Assembly: GCA_963727525.1 (NCBI GenBank) | Contig: CAVSGO010000007.1 | Coordinates: forward strand, 256,001 to 320,000 | Reading direction: 5' to 3' | Source: an uncultured bacterium | GTDB taxonomy: Bacteria; Krumholzibacteriota; Krumholzibacteriia; LZORAL124-64-63 | DNA: 64,000 nt | Shown here: in pieces, positions 19,654 through 30,307 of the stretch | How positions within the stretch are numbered: position 1 is the first letter of the stretch | Layout: each line of letters opens with the position of its first letter | Notes under the pieces: generated by a model | The model's input: only the letters and a program-made list of their open reading frames with translations | Told to the model about the DNA's origin: nothing | The model's database searches: none | Made by a program: the position numbers and the translations under genes

Positions 19654-20625
19654 ATGGCAAGTCGCAAGCCGGCAAACGCAAAGACCCGGACCGGGGAATC
19701 CATTCATGACAGCGTGCTGGAACTGGTGGGCGAGACCCCGCTGGTACGCCTGGCGCGCCTGAACACGACCGATGCGGACGTGGTTCTGAAACTCGAATAC
19801 TACAATCCGATGTCCAGCGTGAAGGATCGGATCGCGCTGTCGATGATCGAGGCCGCGGAGCGCGATGGTTCGCTGCAACCCGGCGGCGAGATCATCGAAC
19901 CGACGAGCGGCAACACCGGCATCGGTCTCGCCTTCGTCGCGGCCGCGCGCGGCTATCGCATCACGCTCACCATGCCCGAGAGCATGTCGCGCGAGCGCCG
20001 CGCGATCCTGCGCGCGCTGGGGGCTGAACTGGTGCTCACCCCGGCGGAGAAGGGCATGGGTGGCGCGATCGCCGAGGCCAGTGCGTTGCAGGAGGCGCGG
20101 CCGGGATCGTTCATGCCGCAGCAGTTCGCCAATCCCGCCAACCCGGATGCGCACTACCGCACGACCGCCGAGGAGATCTGGCGCGACACCGGTGGCCACG
20201 TGGACGTGCTCGTGGCCGGGGTCGGCACCGGCGGCACTATCACAGGAGCCGGTCGTCGACTCAAGGAGCTGAACCCGCAGCTGCGGTGCGTGGCCGTGGA
20301 GCCCTCCGCATCGCCCGTGCTGTCGGGCGGCAAGTCGGGGCCGCACAAGATTCAGGGCATCGGTGCCGGATTCGTGCCCGAGATCCTGGACGTGGACGTC
20401 ATCGACGAGATCGTCACCGTCGACGACTCCCAGGCACTCGCGATGGCGCGGGAGGCCGCGCGGCGCGAGGGGCTGTTCATCGGCATCAGCAGCGGGGCGG
20501 CCTTGCATGCGGCGCTCGGCCTCGCGGCGCGGCCGGAGTTCGCGAAGAAACGCATCGTCACCATCATCCCGAGCTTCGGCGAGCGGTACCTGTCGTCGGT
20601 CCTCTACGCCGATCTCATGGACTAG
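19654..20625 (+). CDS. cysK: Cysteine synthase A
   Basis: [39 protein letters not shown]. Confidence 0.96.
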   Translation: MASRKPANAKTRTGESIHDSVLELVGETPLVRLARLNTTDADVVLKLEYYNPMSSVKDRIALSMIEAAERDGSLQPGGEIIEPTSGNTGIGLAFVAAARGYRITLTMPESMSRERRAILRALGAELVLTPAEKGMGGAIAEASALQEARPGSFMPQQFANPANPDAHYRTTAEEIWRDTGGHVDVLVAGVGTGGTITGAGRRLKELNPQLRCVAVEPSASPVLSGGKSGPHKIQGIGAGFVPEILDVDVIDEIVTVDDSQALAMAREAARREGLFIGISSGAALHAALGLAARPEFAKKRIVTIIPSFGERYLSSVLYADLMD

Positions 20626-20684
20626 GCCACGTCGCACCTGGGCGCGTTCCAGGCGCCGGGTCCTCCGGCCGGAAGGGTGGGCGC

Positions 20685-21617
20685 ATGACCGAGCAGGAAC
20701 GCAGCCGGCGGATCCGTGAGCTGGCCGGCCGGCTGGCGGCCACGTATCGCGATATGGGGCAGATCAACCGCATCGGCGAGGAGAACCTGCCGTCTCGCGA
20801 CATGATCGTGCAGCTCGTGGAACGCCTGCTCACGCTCGTCTTCCCGGGGTATTTCGGCGAACGCGTCCCGCGCGACACGGATCTCGAGCTTTTTGCCGCC
20901 AGCATCCTCGATCGGCTGGCCGTCGATCTGGCCGAGGTGATCGAGCAGACGCTTCTATTCTGCTGCCGGCACCCGTGCTCGTGCTCCCAGCTCTGGGCAC
21001 CGGGCGCCGACGGCGACCTCGCGCACGATATCGCCATGGTCTCGCGCCGCCTCTCCCTCGACTATCTCGACCAGCTTCCGGATGTGCGCATCGCCCTGCG
21101 GCAAGATGTGCAGGCGGCCTACGAGGGCGATCCGGCGGCTGTGAACACGGACGAGATCATCCTCTGCTATCCCGGCACCTTCGCCATCGCGGTCTATCGC
21201 CTCGCGCACGCGCTGCACCGGCTCGGCGTACCCCTGGCGCCGCGTATCATGACGGAGTGGGCGCATCATCGTACGGGCGTGGACATCCATCCCGGCGCGC
21301 GCATTGCGCCGGCCTTCTTCATCGACCACGGCACGGGCGTGGTCATCGGCGAGACCACCGAGATCGGCGAGCGGGTCAAGCTGTACCAGGGTGTCACCCT
21401 GGGGGCGCGCAGCTTCCCGAGGCTGCCCGACGGCACCCTCGTCAAGGGCGGCAAGCGCCACCCCACGGTGGAGGACGATGTCACGATCTACGCGAACGCC
21501 ACCATTCTCGGCGGCGAGACGGTGATCGGCCGCGGCGCCGTCATCGGGGGCGGCGCCTGGATCACCAGCAGCGTGCCTCCCGGCACGACCGTGCTCAAGA
21601 ACACGATCCACGCGTGA
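20685..21617 (+). CDS. cysE: Serine O-acetyltransferase (EpsC-type)
   Basis: AYEGDPAA, DIHPGA, FIDHGTGVVIGET, KRHPT. Confidence 0.93.
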   Translation: MTEQERSRRIRELAGRLAATYRDMGQINRIGEENLPSRDMIVQLVERLLTLVFPGYFGERVPRDTDLELFAASILDRLAVDLAEVIEQTLLFCCRHPCSCSQLWAPGADGDLAHDIAMVSRRLSLDYLDQLPDVRIALRQDVQAAYEGDPAAVNTDEIILCYPGTFAIAVYRLAHALHRLGVPLAPRIMTEWAHHRTGVDIHPGARIAPAFFIDHGTGVVIGETTEIGERVKLYQGVTLGARSFPRLPDGTLVKGGKRHPTVEDDVTIYANATILGGETVIGRGAVIGGGAWITSSVPPGTTVLKNTIHA

Positions 21618-21689
21618 CGGTTGGCCCCGCATTGAGGGTTCGCTCAGGGTGTGGTATCCTGTCGGACAGGTCGGCCAGGGGAACCGACC

Positions 21690-23774
21690 ATGAGCCCTTC
21701 AGCCGCGAGGTTCTGCTGCATGCATCCACGTCGTGACTTCCGTCAGGCGCCGCTGGTCGGTGCGTTGATGCTCCTCGTCCTGATGGCGCCGGCCACGGCC
21801 GCGCACGCCTGGCCCGATCACGATCCCAAAGCTCCACCGCCGGACGCGCCGGCCACGCGGGATGCCTGGGAACATAAGATGCTGCCCGCCGGCAATCCCG
21901 AGCATGGCGACGCCGTGGTCACGAGCGACCGCTACGACGTGCGGCGCTACGATCTCGACCTTCGCATCAGTCCCGAGGACACGACCGTCGCCGGCGTGGT
22001 CACGATGATCTTCACCAGCAAGGTGGCCGGGCTCGCGTCGTGCGTGCTCGACTTCGCCAATCGTGGGCTCGATGTCGACGGCGTCAGCGACGGCTCCGGC
22101 GCGCGGCCTTTCGTGCACCAGGGCGACTCGCTCAGCGTCAGCCTGCGCGCACCGCTGGCTGCGGGCGACGTCGACTCGCTGCGCATCGCCTACAGCGGAC
22201 GGCCCGGGAGCCCCGCCGCCGACCGCGGACTCTTCTGGCGCGAGCACTTCCACTGGATTCCGTCCGAGGAGCAGACCGTCGACGGCGGCCGCGCGATCGC
22301 GAACATGAGCGAACCTTCCTATGCGCGTTACTGGTGGCCATGCAAGGATCGGCCCGATGACAAGGCCGACACCGTCCGGGTGGCCGTGACGGTACCCGAC
22401 ACGCTGGAAGTGGCGAGCAACGGGCGGCGCATGGGCGTAACGCCGGCCGAACCCGGCTGGCGCACGACGACCTGGCTCTCCACCTATCCGATCGCGACGT
22501 ACCTCGTGAGCGTGGCGGTGAGCAACTACGCCTACTGGGAAGACGCGTGCACCACGGCGCTCACCACCGACCTGCCGCTCGTGAGCTACGTCTTCCAGCA
22601 ACACCTGGCGAACTCACATGTCGAATTCGCTCCTCTTTGCGACATGATCGACGCCTGCGAGAGCTGGTTCGGCGCGTATCCGTTTGCGCGGGAGAAGTAC
22701 GGTCATGCCGAATTCGTCTGGGGCGGTGCCATGGAACATCAGACCTGTACGAGTCTGGGCGCCGCTTACCTCAACGGGTCGGGCGAATCGAATGCCGAGG
22801 GCGTCATCGTCCACGAACTCGGTCACCAGTGGTTCGGCGATTCCCTCACTCCCGACACCTGGGCCGACATCTGGCTGAATGAGGGCTTCGCCACGTACGC
22901 GGAGGCGCTATGGGCGAGCCGCCAGGATCCTGCTTCGGGCTATCAGGACTACATGAGCGGGATCCGCGATTTCTATGACTGGGTTGGTGACAGCCAGGTG
23001 TACGATCCCGTGCCCGTGTTCCCGGGTTGGGTGATCTACCGCAAGGGCGCCTGGATCCTGCACATGGTGCGCGGTCGCCTCGGCGACGACGCGTTCTTCG
23101 CCATGCTGGAAGACTGGGCCACGGGCGGGGGCCGGCCGTACCACACGGTCACCACCGAGGAATTCATCGACCACGCCAGCTCCTACGCCGGGGAGGATCT
23201 CCACGGGTTTTTCGATCCCTACCTGAAGACGACCGCGTTGCCGCAGGTACGCCTGGCCACGACGATCGCGGACGGACCACGCGGCGCGCAGACACGCCTG
23301 CACGTGGAACTGCAGCAGGTGCAGATGCCGCTTTTCGACAACGTGTATCCCATCCGGGTGGCCACGGCGGCCGGCGATACCACGCTGCGCGTGCGCCTCG
23401 CCGCCGCCAGCGCCGCCACGGTCGTCGACGTCGCCGCGGCCGTGCAGACGGTGACGCTGGATCCCGAGCACTGGGTGCTCTGGCAGAGCACCCGCAGTGG
23501 TCTGCCCCTGCTGGCCGTGCATCCCAATCCCAGCGCCGCGGACGTCACGATCACCTACCGTACGGCGCAGGCACAGGACGTCACATTGAACGTGTACGAC
23601 GTGCGCGGGCGGCTGGTGCGTTCCCTGAATCGGGGCATCATGGCGCCGGGCGAGCATCAGGACACCTGGGATGGGTACGACGACACCAGCCGGCGCGTCG
23701 CGAGCGGCGTCTACTGGATCACGGTGGAGATCGATGGCCGTCGCCAGGTCGGGCGCGTCACGATCGTGCGTTGA
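21690..23774 (+). CDS. Secreted M1 aminopeptidase with FlgD-Ig C-terminal domain
   Basis: GAMEH, HELGH..WLNEGFA, YRKGA; HPNP..YDVRGRLV..WDG..SGVY tail; start uncertain. Confidence 0.9.
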   Translation: MSPSAARFCCMHPRRDFRQAPLVGALMLLVLMAPATAAHAWPDHDPKAPPPDAPATRDAWEHKMLPAGNPEHGDAVVTSDRYDVRRYDLDLRISPEDTTVAGVVTMIFTSKVAGLASCVLDFANRGLDVDGVSDGSGARPFVHQGDSLSVSLRAPLAAGDVDSLRIAYSGRPGSPAADRGLFWREHFHWIPSEEQTVDGGRAIANMSEPSYARYWWPCKDRPDDKADTVRVAVTVPDTLEVASNGRRMGVTPAEPGWRTTTWLSTYPIATYLVSVAVSNYAYWEDACTTALTTDLPLVSYVFQQHLANSHVEFAPLCDMIDACESWFGAYPFAREKYGHAEFVWGGAMEHQTCTSLGAAYLNGSGESNAEGVIVHELGHQWFGDSLTPDTWADIWLNEGFATYAEALWASRQDPASGYQDYMSGIRDFYDWVGDSQVYDPVPVFPGWVIYRKGAWILHMVRGRLGDDAFFAMLEDWATGGGRPYHTVTTEEFIDHASSYAGEDLHGFFDPYLKTTALPQVRLATTIADGPRGAQTRLHVELQQVQMPLFDNVYPIRVATAAGDTTLRVRLAAASAATVVDVAAAVQTVTLDPEHWVLWQSTRSGLPLLAVHPNPSAADVTITYRTAQAQDVTLNVYDVRGRLVRSLNRGIMAPGEHQDTWDGYDDTSRRVASGVYWITVEIDGRRQVGRVTIVR

Positions 23775-23784
23775 GGCGCGGTCG

Positions 23785-25245
23785 TCAGGGCGCGTCGGCC
23801 ACGGCCCAGGACGTGCGGAAGGCCAGGCGCACGAGATCCGCATAGAGGGCGCCATCGAGCGTGACCGGTCGGTCGGCGGGCTGGTGCAGGTACGTGTAGC
23901 TATTCGTCGTCACCCAGTACAGCGTGCGCACGCCGAGATCGGCGAATGGTTGCGCGTCGGCGCCGCCCGATTTCCAGGTAGCCTTCACCATGCGGCGCGC
24001 ATGGGAGGCATCGAGTTCGCGTGCCAGACGCCAGAGTTCCGGCGCGCCGTCGCCGCCTCCCACCTTGATGCTGTCGCCATGGGCCACGCAATCCAGATTG
24101 AACATCGCTGTCGTGTGATCGAGCGCCACGAAGGGGTGCGCGGCGTGGAAGCGTGAACCCTCGAGGCCCGATTCCTCGCTCGCGAAGAGCACGAACACGA
24201 CGGTGCGCGCCGGCGGGCGGTCGGCCCGCGCGAAGGCCGCGGACAGGGCAAGCACGGCGGAGGCGCCCGAGGCATTGTCGTTGGCGCCGGGGAAGGTGAC
24301 GTCGGGCGACTGCCGGCCCACGTGATCGAGGTGGCCACCGATGACGAGGGCCTCGTCGCGGCGTATCGGGTCGCTGCCCGGTAACACGGCGACCACGTTC
24401 CAGGTGGGGTGTTGCGTTTCGTAGCGGGCCTGTACCGCCAGGTCGACGGATGCCGGGAGCGCGAAGGACTGTGGGCGGTGGTCGGCGTCGATCCGACGGC
24501 GCAGCCGGCGCGCGTCGCCGGCGCCGCCGAGCAACCGGTCGGCGACGGTCTCGCCAATCTCCAGGTGCGGGAAGTCCGGGTGGTGATCGCCGTCGCCGTG
24601 CAGCACGCTGCCGATGGGCACGGGCGGCGGCGCGTCGGCTGCACTCGGGGCGTCGACCCAGAGCAGGGCGACCGCGCCGTGCGCGATGGCGGTGGCCGCT
24701 CTGGCGCGGGGCGTGGCGCTCTGTGCGGACCATCCTGCGTCGTCCAGCGTCCAGTCGGGATTCCGCTTGAAACACAGGGCCACCTTGCCGCGGATATCGA
24801 CGCCGGCATAGTCGTCGAAACCGCGGTCGGCCTCGCTCAGCCCGTAGCCCACGAAGACCACCGGGGCTGCCACCGCGCCGCTGCCCGTGAATCCACGGCA
24901 GGTGAAATCGGGGCCGAGTGCGCAGGTCGTCCACGCACCGTCGTGGCAACGTACGCTCAGACGCGGCGTGCCCACGATCGCGTTGTACTCGATGGTGAGG
25001 GTTTGCAAGTATCCGTCGTCGCCCCCGGGTTGCAGACCGAGCGCAGCGAATCGATCGGCCGCCCAGCGCGCGGCGGCCAGGTAACCGTCCGATCCCGACA
25101 GGCGCCCGCCGTATTGCGGACCGGCGAGGTGCGTCACATCGGCCAGCAGTCCGTCGGCGGTGATGGCCGCGACGCCGGCATCCGGCGCCTGCGCGTGCGC
25201 GAGGTTCGCGACCATGAACAGCGTCAGGATGAGCCAGCAGCGCAT
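23785..25245 (-). CDS. Exported M28 peptidase with PA domain
   Basis: Signal peptide; GGHLDHVG, GANDNASG, SEESGL, NLDCV, HQPAD. Confidence 0.9.
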   Translation of the reverse strand: MRCWLILTLFMVANLAHAQAPDAGVAAITADGLLADVTHLAGPQYGGRLSGSDGYLAAARWAADRFAALGLQPGGDDGYLQTLTIEYNAIVGTPRLSVRCHDGAWTTCALGPDFTCRGFTGSGAVAAPVVFVGYGLSEADRGFDDYAGVDIRGKVALCFKRNPDWTLDDAGWSAQSATPRARAATAIAHGAVALLWVDAPSAADAPPPVPIGSVLHGDGDHHPDFPHLEIGETVADRLLGGAGDARRLRRRIDADHRPQSFALPASVDLAVQARYETQHPTWNVVAVLPGSDPIRRDEALVIGGHLDHVGRQSPDVTFPGANDNASGASAVLALSAAFARADRPPARTVVFVLFASEESGLEGSRFHAAHPFVALDHTTAMFNLDCVAHGDSIKVGGGDGAPELWRLARELDASHARRMVKATWKSGGADAQPFADLGVRTLYWVTTNSYTYLHQPADRPVTLDGALYADLVRLAFRTSWAVADAP

Positions 25246-25252
25246 CGCGTCT

Positions 25253-26641
25253 CTACTTCCAGTGCTCGGAGATGAAGGCATCCACCTCGGGGATGCCGCC
25301 CTGCATCACGAGATATCCGTTGTGGGGCTCGCGGTCGGTGATCTCACCACACACCGGCGTGAGCATGAGGCGCTCGACCTCGGCGTGGTCCTGGCTCTGG
25401 GCCAGGGCCCAGCCCAGCTTCACGTAGGCCACCTCGGGCAACATGTTGGCTGCGGGCACCACGCCCTTCTCCATGAGCTCGCGCCCGGTCTCGTAGACGT
25501 ACATCTGTACGTAGCCCCAGAGCGTCTGCACGGTCATGTAGACGTGCAGGCCCGCGTCACGCGCGCGCTCGAGCGCAGGGTACAGCGGTTTGTTCACGTG
25601 ACCGAGGCCGGTACCCGCGATGATGATGCCGCGATAGCCATTCGCGATCAGGGAGTCGATGATGTCGGGCTTCATGTTGGGATAGTAGTAGACGATGGCC
25701 ACGCGGTCGTCGAAAACGGCCTTCAGATCGACGTGGGTATCGTCGCGGCGATGGTGGTAGTCCTGGCGGAAGGGCGTCACGCCGTCGGCGTCGACCTTGC
25801 CGAGGGGCACGTCGCTCAGCGTGCGGAAGGTGGAACGATACGACGAGTGCATCTTGCGCACGCGGGTGCCCCGATGCAGCAGGCCGTACTGGTCGCTGGT
25901 GGGGCCGAACATGCACACCATGACCTCGGCGATGTCGCTCGTGGCCGCCGTGCGCGTGGCGTTGATCAGGTTGATCGCGGCGTCGGAGCTGGGCCGGTCG
26001 CTCGAGCGCTGGCTGCCCACCATCACGACCGGCACCGGCAGGTCCTGGAGCATGAACGTGAGCGCGGCGGCGGTGTGATGCATGGTATCGGTGCCATGGC
26101 CCACCACGATGCCGGCCACGCCCTTCTCGATCTCGCGGGCGATGGCCTCGGCCGTACCCATCCACTGCTCGGGCCCCATGTTCTCGCTGAAGACGCCGTA
26201 CAGTTTCTCGGTCTCCAGGTTGCAGACGTCCGCCAGCTCGGGCACCGAGCCGTACAACTCGCCGGGACTGAAGGCCGGAATCACGGCGCCGGTGCGGTAG
26301 TCGAGGCGGCTGGCGATGGTGCCGCCCGTGCCCAGGAGCTTCACACGTGGTTTCACCGGATCGTAGGGGAAGGCTTTTTCCGGGATCTGGTAATGAGCTT
26401 CCTTGCGACCATGCACCGTGATGCGCTGCACCGTATCGTGGCGCACGCCGATGTTGTAGCCGGTGTCGAGCTTCAAGACGATGTGATCAGCGTCGGCTGT
26501 CTCGCTGCGGGGCAGGATCAGACCGGTGAAGTCGCCTCGCGTCGTGTGCAGGGTGGCCAGGCTCCAGACCTTGGCGTCCTGCGACTCCAGCAGGTCGCGC
26601 GTGGGGCAGCGGTATCCGCGGTATGCGTCGTTCGTGCTCAC
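25253..26641 (-). CDS. gatD: Glu-tRNA(Gln) amidotransferase subunit D (archaeal type)
   Basis: GatD-specific N-domain PRSE..HIVLKLDTGYNIG; TGGTIASRLDYRTGAV, HGTDTM, GSQRSSDRPSSD, GTRVRKMHSS, MLPEVAYVKL. Confidence 0.93.
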   Translation of the reverse strand: MSTNDAYRGYRCPTRDLLESQDAKVWSLATLHTTRGDFTGLILPRSETADADHIVLKLDTGYNIGVRHDTVQRITVHGRKEAHYQIPEKAFPYDPVKPRVKLLGTGGTIASRLDYRTGAVIPAFSPGELYGSVPELADVCNLETEKLYGVFSENMGPEQWMGTAEAIAREIEKGVAGIVVGHGTDTMHHTAAALTFMLQDLPVPVVMVGSQRSSDRPSSDAAINLINATRTAATSDIAEVMVCMFGPTSDQYGLLHRGTRVRKMHSSYRSTFRTLSDVPLGKVDADGVTPFRQDYHHRRDDTHVDLKAVFDDRVAIVYYYPNMKPDIIDSLIANGYRGIIIAGTGLGHVNKPLYPALERARDAGLHVYMTVQTLWGYVQMYVYETGRELMEKGVVPAANMLPEVAYVKLGWALAQSQDHAEVERLMLTPVCGEITDREPHNGYLVMQGGIPEVDAFISEHWK

Positions 26642-28545
26642 GCGAGCGCCTCCTTCACCCAGGTGCTGACGGTATGGCCGGCCACGCGGCCGCGCAGGCG
26701 CGGCATGACGTGTCCCATCGCGAAGTTCAGGTGGGCGCCGGTGTCGCGCGGACCCGGCGGGAGAGTCTGCAGCGCAGCCGCCACGCCGGCGCGCGCCTCC
26801 GCCTCCGCCAGTGGCGCCAGGGGTTCATCGTCGGCATTGTACACGCCCTCGGGCAGCACGTCACCGCGGACGAGCCGTGCGACGACGCGACGCCACCAGT
26901 CGCCCGCCGCGCGCAGGCTGGGCGGGCGCGGGCAGGAGCGATCGAGAAGCAGCGAGGCCAGGCCGGTGGGCGTGAGCCGGCTGTCGTCGGGCAACGTGGC
27001 CACGAGGTCGAGGAAGAGGTCGTAGGCGAGATGCCGGCTCAGGCGCTCGGCGAGGTCAGGTCCCACGCCGAGGTCCTGCAGGCGCTCCTGCCGTTCCCAC
27101 GGCCGCTCGGGCAGCCTGGCGAACACGCGGTCGAGACGTTCGTCGTCGATGCGGATGGGTGGCAGATCGGTGTCGGGATACATGCGGTCGGCGCCGGGCA
27201 GGATACGCTCGAAACCGTTGGTACCGTCGTCGAGGGCCTGGCGCGTCTCGCCCGGCACACCGGTCACCGCGTCGCGGGCGCGGATCACGATCTCGCGCGC
27301 GGCCGTCTCGGCGTCGTGCCGGCGTCCCCAGACCACGAGGATGGGCGTGGCCGTGTCCACCTGGCAGGCCTTGGTGACCTTGTCCCACTCGCCGCTGCTG
27401 AACGTGGGGGCATCCTGGGAGGAGCAGGCCAGGTTCGGCAGGTCGTCGATGCAGGCGATCACGCGGATACGATCGCTGAATTCCTTGAGGAACGACGTGC
27501 GCGGCTGGGTCTGGCACGACATGAGGCCCGCGAAGCCCGGCAAGGGCACGGCAAGTACGGTGGCGCCCTTGTCCACCGCCTGGCGCACGTTCCGGAACTC
27601 CGTGCTGCGCACCGTGGTCGTCACGTCGACGGCTTTGTCCGCGATGCCCTCGGCGGTCACGCCGCGCAGCGCCAGCTCCTTCTGGATCGCCACCAGCGTG
27701 GTCTGGCGCAGACCCTCGTTGTGTACGAGACGGGGGATGTGGCGCAGGCTCGGCACGCCCTTGATCTCGATGCGCGTGCCGCCGGTCACCGACACGTTGA
27801 CGTCCTGGCGCGCGGCACCCGGTCCCGTGCGCACCAAACCGCTGACGCGCGCGAGCCAGCGCAGGATCTGTCCCACTTCCATCACCTCGTGGGGCGTCGT
27901 CATGTCCGGATCGGTGACAGTCTCGATGAGCGGCATGCCGAGGCGATCGGTACGGTAGGTGCGCAGGTGACCGCGGTCGCTCACCTCGCGGCAGCTATCC
28001 TCCTCGATCGAGATCTGACGGATGCGTACGGTGCGCCCCCGGTACGGGATGGCGCCGTCGGTGCCCAGGATCGCGGTGCGCTGGAAGCCGGTGGGGATGC
28101 TGCCGTCGAGGTACTGCTTCCGTGTGATGTGCACCTCGCTCACGATGTTGCAGCCGAGCAGACGCGCGACCGCGAAGGCGCGGTCGAGAGCCTCGGCATC
28201 GATCTCGAAGGGCGGTGCATCGTCCATCTCGTAGGTGCACACCGTCTCGTTGTTGAGCAGGTAGACGATGTCCTTGCGCGTCTTGAACTCCATGAGCGCG
28301 GTGCCGTCGTACTCGCCCATCTCCGAGAGCGTGGGCCGCATATGCCGTAGCACCTCGGCGTGGTGCTCATCGCTGTAGCGGCCGGCCGGGCAGCGGCAGA
28401 ACAGCTTGCGCCGGGTGAGCAACTGCTGGTGTATCTCGAGGCCGGACATCAGGCCGAGGGCGGCGTATCCCTCGCGGTCCAGCTCTCCGAAGAGCGGCAG
28501 GGGCCGCTGCAGCCAGGGATGGGTCAGGGCACGATGGTGGTCCAT
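26638..28545 (-). CDS. gatE: Glu-tRNA(Gln) amidotransferase subunit E (archaeal type)
   Basis: GLEIHQQL, KLFCRCP, RPTLSEMGE, DGSIPTGFQRT, EEDS, DRLGMPLIE, RQDVNVS, insertion domain, PGADRMYPDTD; start uncertain (up to 28572). Confidence 0.92.
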   Translation of the reverse strand: MDHHRALTHPWLQRPLPLFGELDREGYAALGLMSGLEIHQQLLTRRKLFCRCPAGRYSDEHHAEVLRHMRPTLSEMGEYDGTALMEFKTRKDIVYLLNNETVCTYEMDDAPPFEIDAEALDRAFAVARLLGCNIVSEVHITRKQYLDGSIPTGFQRTAILGTDGAIPYRGRTVRIRQISIEEDSCREVSDRGHLRTYRTDRLGMPLIETVTDPDMTTPHEVMEVGQILRWLARVSGLVRTGPGAARQDVNVSVTGGTRIEIKGVPSLRHIPRLVHNEGLRQTTLVAIQKELALRGVTAEGIADKAVDVTTTVRSTEFRNVRQAVDKGATVLAVPLPGFAGLMSCQTQPRTSFLKEFSDRIRVIACIDDLPNLACSSQDAPTFSSGEWDKVTKACQVDTATPILVVWGRRHDAETAAREIVIRARDAVTGVPGETRQALDDGTNGFERILPGADRMYPDTDLPPIRIDDERLDRVFARLPERPWERQERLQDLGVGPDLAERLSRHLAYDLFLDLVATLPDDSRLTPTGLASLLLDRSCPRPPSLRAAGDWWRRVVARLVRGDVLPEGVYNADDEPLAPLAEAEARAGVAAALQTLPPGPRDTGAHLNFAMGHVMPRLRGRVAGHTVSTWVKEALA

Positions 28546-28688
28546 GGACACCGCCGAGAGGCTAGGGGACACGAGATCGTGGGAGCCGGAACTTGCGGAC
28601 CAAATATAGATTGCAACGGTTTAGCGTCCAGGAAAAGCCGTGGGTAGGGCGCACCGTCGCCAAATTCCGCGTTTTTACTTTCATTTTT

Positions 28689-28706
28689 CTGTGAAAAGTG
28701 TAACAA
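28689..28706. promoter_or_regulatory. Putative Rex operator
   Basis: CTGTGAAAAGTGTAACAA versus consensus TTGTGAA-N4-TTCACAA (3 mismatches), just upstream of rex. Confidence 0.6.
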
Positions 28707-28767
28707 TGCGAGCCACATTGTAGGCAATGCTGTCCATTTCTCGAAGATGCTGCGCGGAGGTGATGGT

Positions 28768-29454
28768 GTGAGGCGAGTGCGACGCGGCTGCGACGTTCCC
28801 GAGGCGACCATCGGCCGGCTGCCCCTCTACCTGGAGAAGCTCAAGCTCTTGCAGGCCATCGGTGTGGAGGACGTCTCATCGCGCCAGCTCGCCGAGTCGC
28901 TCGACATCAAGGCGAGCCAGCTCCGCCATGATTTCCACTACTTCGGCGGCTTCAGTCGCCCCGGGCGGCCGTACCAGGTCAACAAGCTCGTCCCGGCGCT
29001 CGAGCAGATCATCGGCATCGATATCCCCGTGCCCACCGCCATCGTCGGCGCCGGCCACCTGGGCCAGGCCCTCGCGAATTACGCCAACCTCGATCTGCAG
29101 GGATTCCCCGTCCGGGGCATCTTCGACACCAATCCCAAGCTCGTCGGACTCGAGATCCGCGGCATGCCGATCCGCGATCTCGACGAGATGGAGACGGTGT
29201 GTCTGCAGGAGAAGATCAAGATCGGCGTCGTCACGGTGCCAGCCAGCGTCGCCCAGGCGACGGCCGATCGGCTCGTGGCCTGCGGCGTCATCGGCCTGTT
29301 CAACTTCGCGCCCACCGACCTGCGAGTCCCCCCCTACGTGGCGCTGCGCAACGAGCGCATCACCGTGGGGATCATGGCGCTGAGCTTCAAGGTGAAATGC
29401 CTGGCGCAGGCGCGCGCCGAGAGCGGCGAGGCTGTGAGCGACAGCGAGGCCTGA
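28768..29454 (+). CDS. rex: Redox-sensing transcriptional repressor Rex
   Basis: PEATIGRLPLY, VSSRQLA, YFG, VGAGHLGQAL, NFAP; GGAGG RBS before GTG. Confidence 0.93.
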   Translation: MRRVRRGCDVPEATIGRLPLYLEKLKLLQAIGVEDVSSRQLAESLDIKASQLRHDFHYFGGFSRPGRPYQVNKLVPALEQIIGIDIPVPTAIVGAGHLGQALANYANLDLQGFPVRGIFDTNPKLVGLEIRGMPIRDLDEMETVCLQEKIKIGVVTVPASVAQATADRLVACGVIGLFNFAPTDLRVPPYVALRNERITVGIMALSFKVKCLAQARAESGEAVSDSEA

Positions 29455-29476
29455 TCGGCGTCACCGTCCGCGTACC

Positions 29477-30235
29477 CTAGCGGTGCACTGCGATCGCGTC
29501 CGCCAGCTCGGGGGAGTGAGACGTGGCGTAGAGCTGCGCTTGCTGCCGGCTCGCGAAGAACCCCACCCAGACCCGGTACACGATCGCCCCGTCGCTGGTG
29601 CTGGCCGCGCGCACGTGCATCGGATATCCGAGCGTCGTGAAACGGTCGCGCAAGGACAGGGCATTGGCCTCGCTGCTGAATGACCCCAGCTGCAGCGCGT
29701 AAGGGCCATCGGAACGCGGTGTGATGGGCACCGCGTCCTTGAGCTCCGCCGAACCTGTCGGCGTCCCTAAAGACGACTGGGCCGCGGGGCGGGGTTCCGT
29801 GGACGCTTTCCCATGGGGTTTGGCGGCCGGTTGCGAGGGCGACGCTGCCGTTTCCGACGGCTTGCCCGCGGGCTTCTCCGCCACGATCGGGGTCGCGGCC
29901 TTGTCGATGTCCACGTTGCCAGAATGCGGCCGGGCGTGCACGGCGCCCGCGGAATCGCGAGCCGTCACCACAGTGAGCTGCTCGCCGATCCCGGTGGGCA
30001 CGCCGCCGCCTCGGGGCCAGAACAGGAAGGCCGCCACGGCGAGGACGAGGATGAGGGCTACCAGTAAGGGGCGCGCGACGCGGCCGCCGCCGTCGTCCGG
30101 GGCATAGCGCAGTCGGGGGCGCCGGGCTCGGGGCGGGGACGGTCGGTCATTCCTGTCCCGGTTTCCTTGGTCCCGGTTGCCTTGGTCCTTGTCGCCTCGT
30201 TCTCCGACATCCTTGTTCCTGGCGGATCGAGCCAT
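29477..30235 (-). CDS. SPOR-domain membrane-anchored protein
   Basis: AAGGAG RBS; charged N-tail, one TM helix, P/A/S linker, YALQLGSFSSEANA..YRVWVG. Confidence 0.88.
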   Translation of the reverse strand: MARSARNKDVGERGDKDQGNRDQGNRDRNDRPSPPRARRPRLRYAPDDGGGRVARPLLVALILVLAVAAFLFWPRGGGVPTGIGEQLTVVTARDSAGAVHARPHSGNVDIDKAATPIVAEKPAGKPSETAASPSQPAAKPHGKASTEPRPAAQSSLGTPTGSAELKDAVPITPRSDGPYALQLGSFSSEANALSLRDRFTTLGYPMHVRAASTSDGAIVYRVWVGFFASRQQAQLYATSHSPELADAIAVHR

Positions 30236-30307
30236 CCTGTCTCTCCTTGGTTGGCGGGGCCGGCACCCGAGATGCTCACCGGAGATTATCACTGCAGGAG
30301 CGCGATC

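Noticed and set aside
30150-30195. Short tandem repeat encoding DQGNR units
   Set aside because: Only 2-3 degenerate in-frame units in a disordered tail; no spacer structure.
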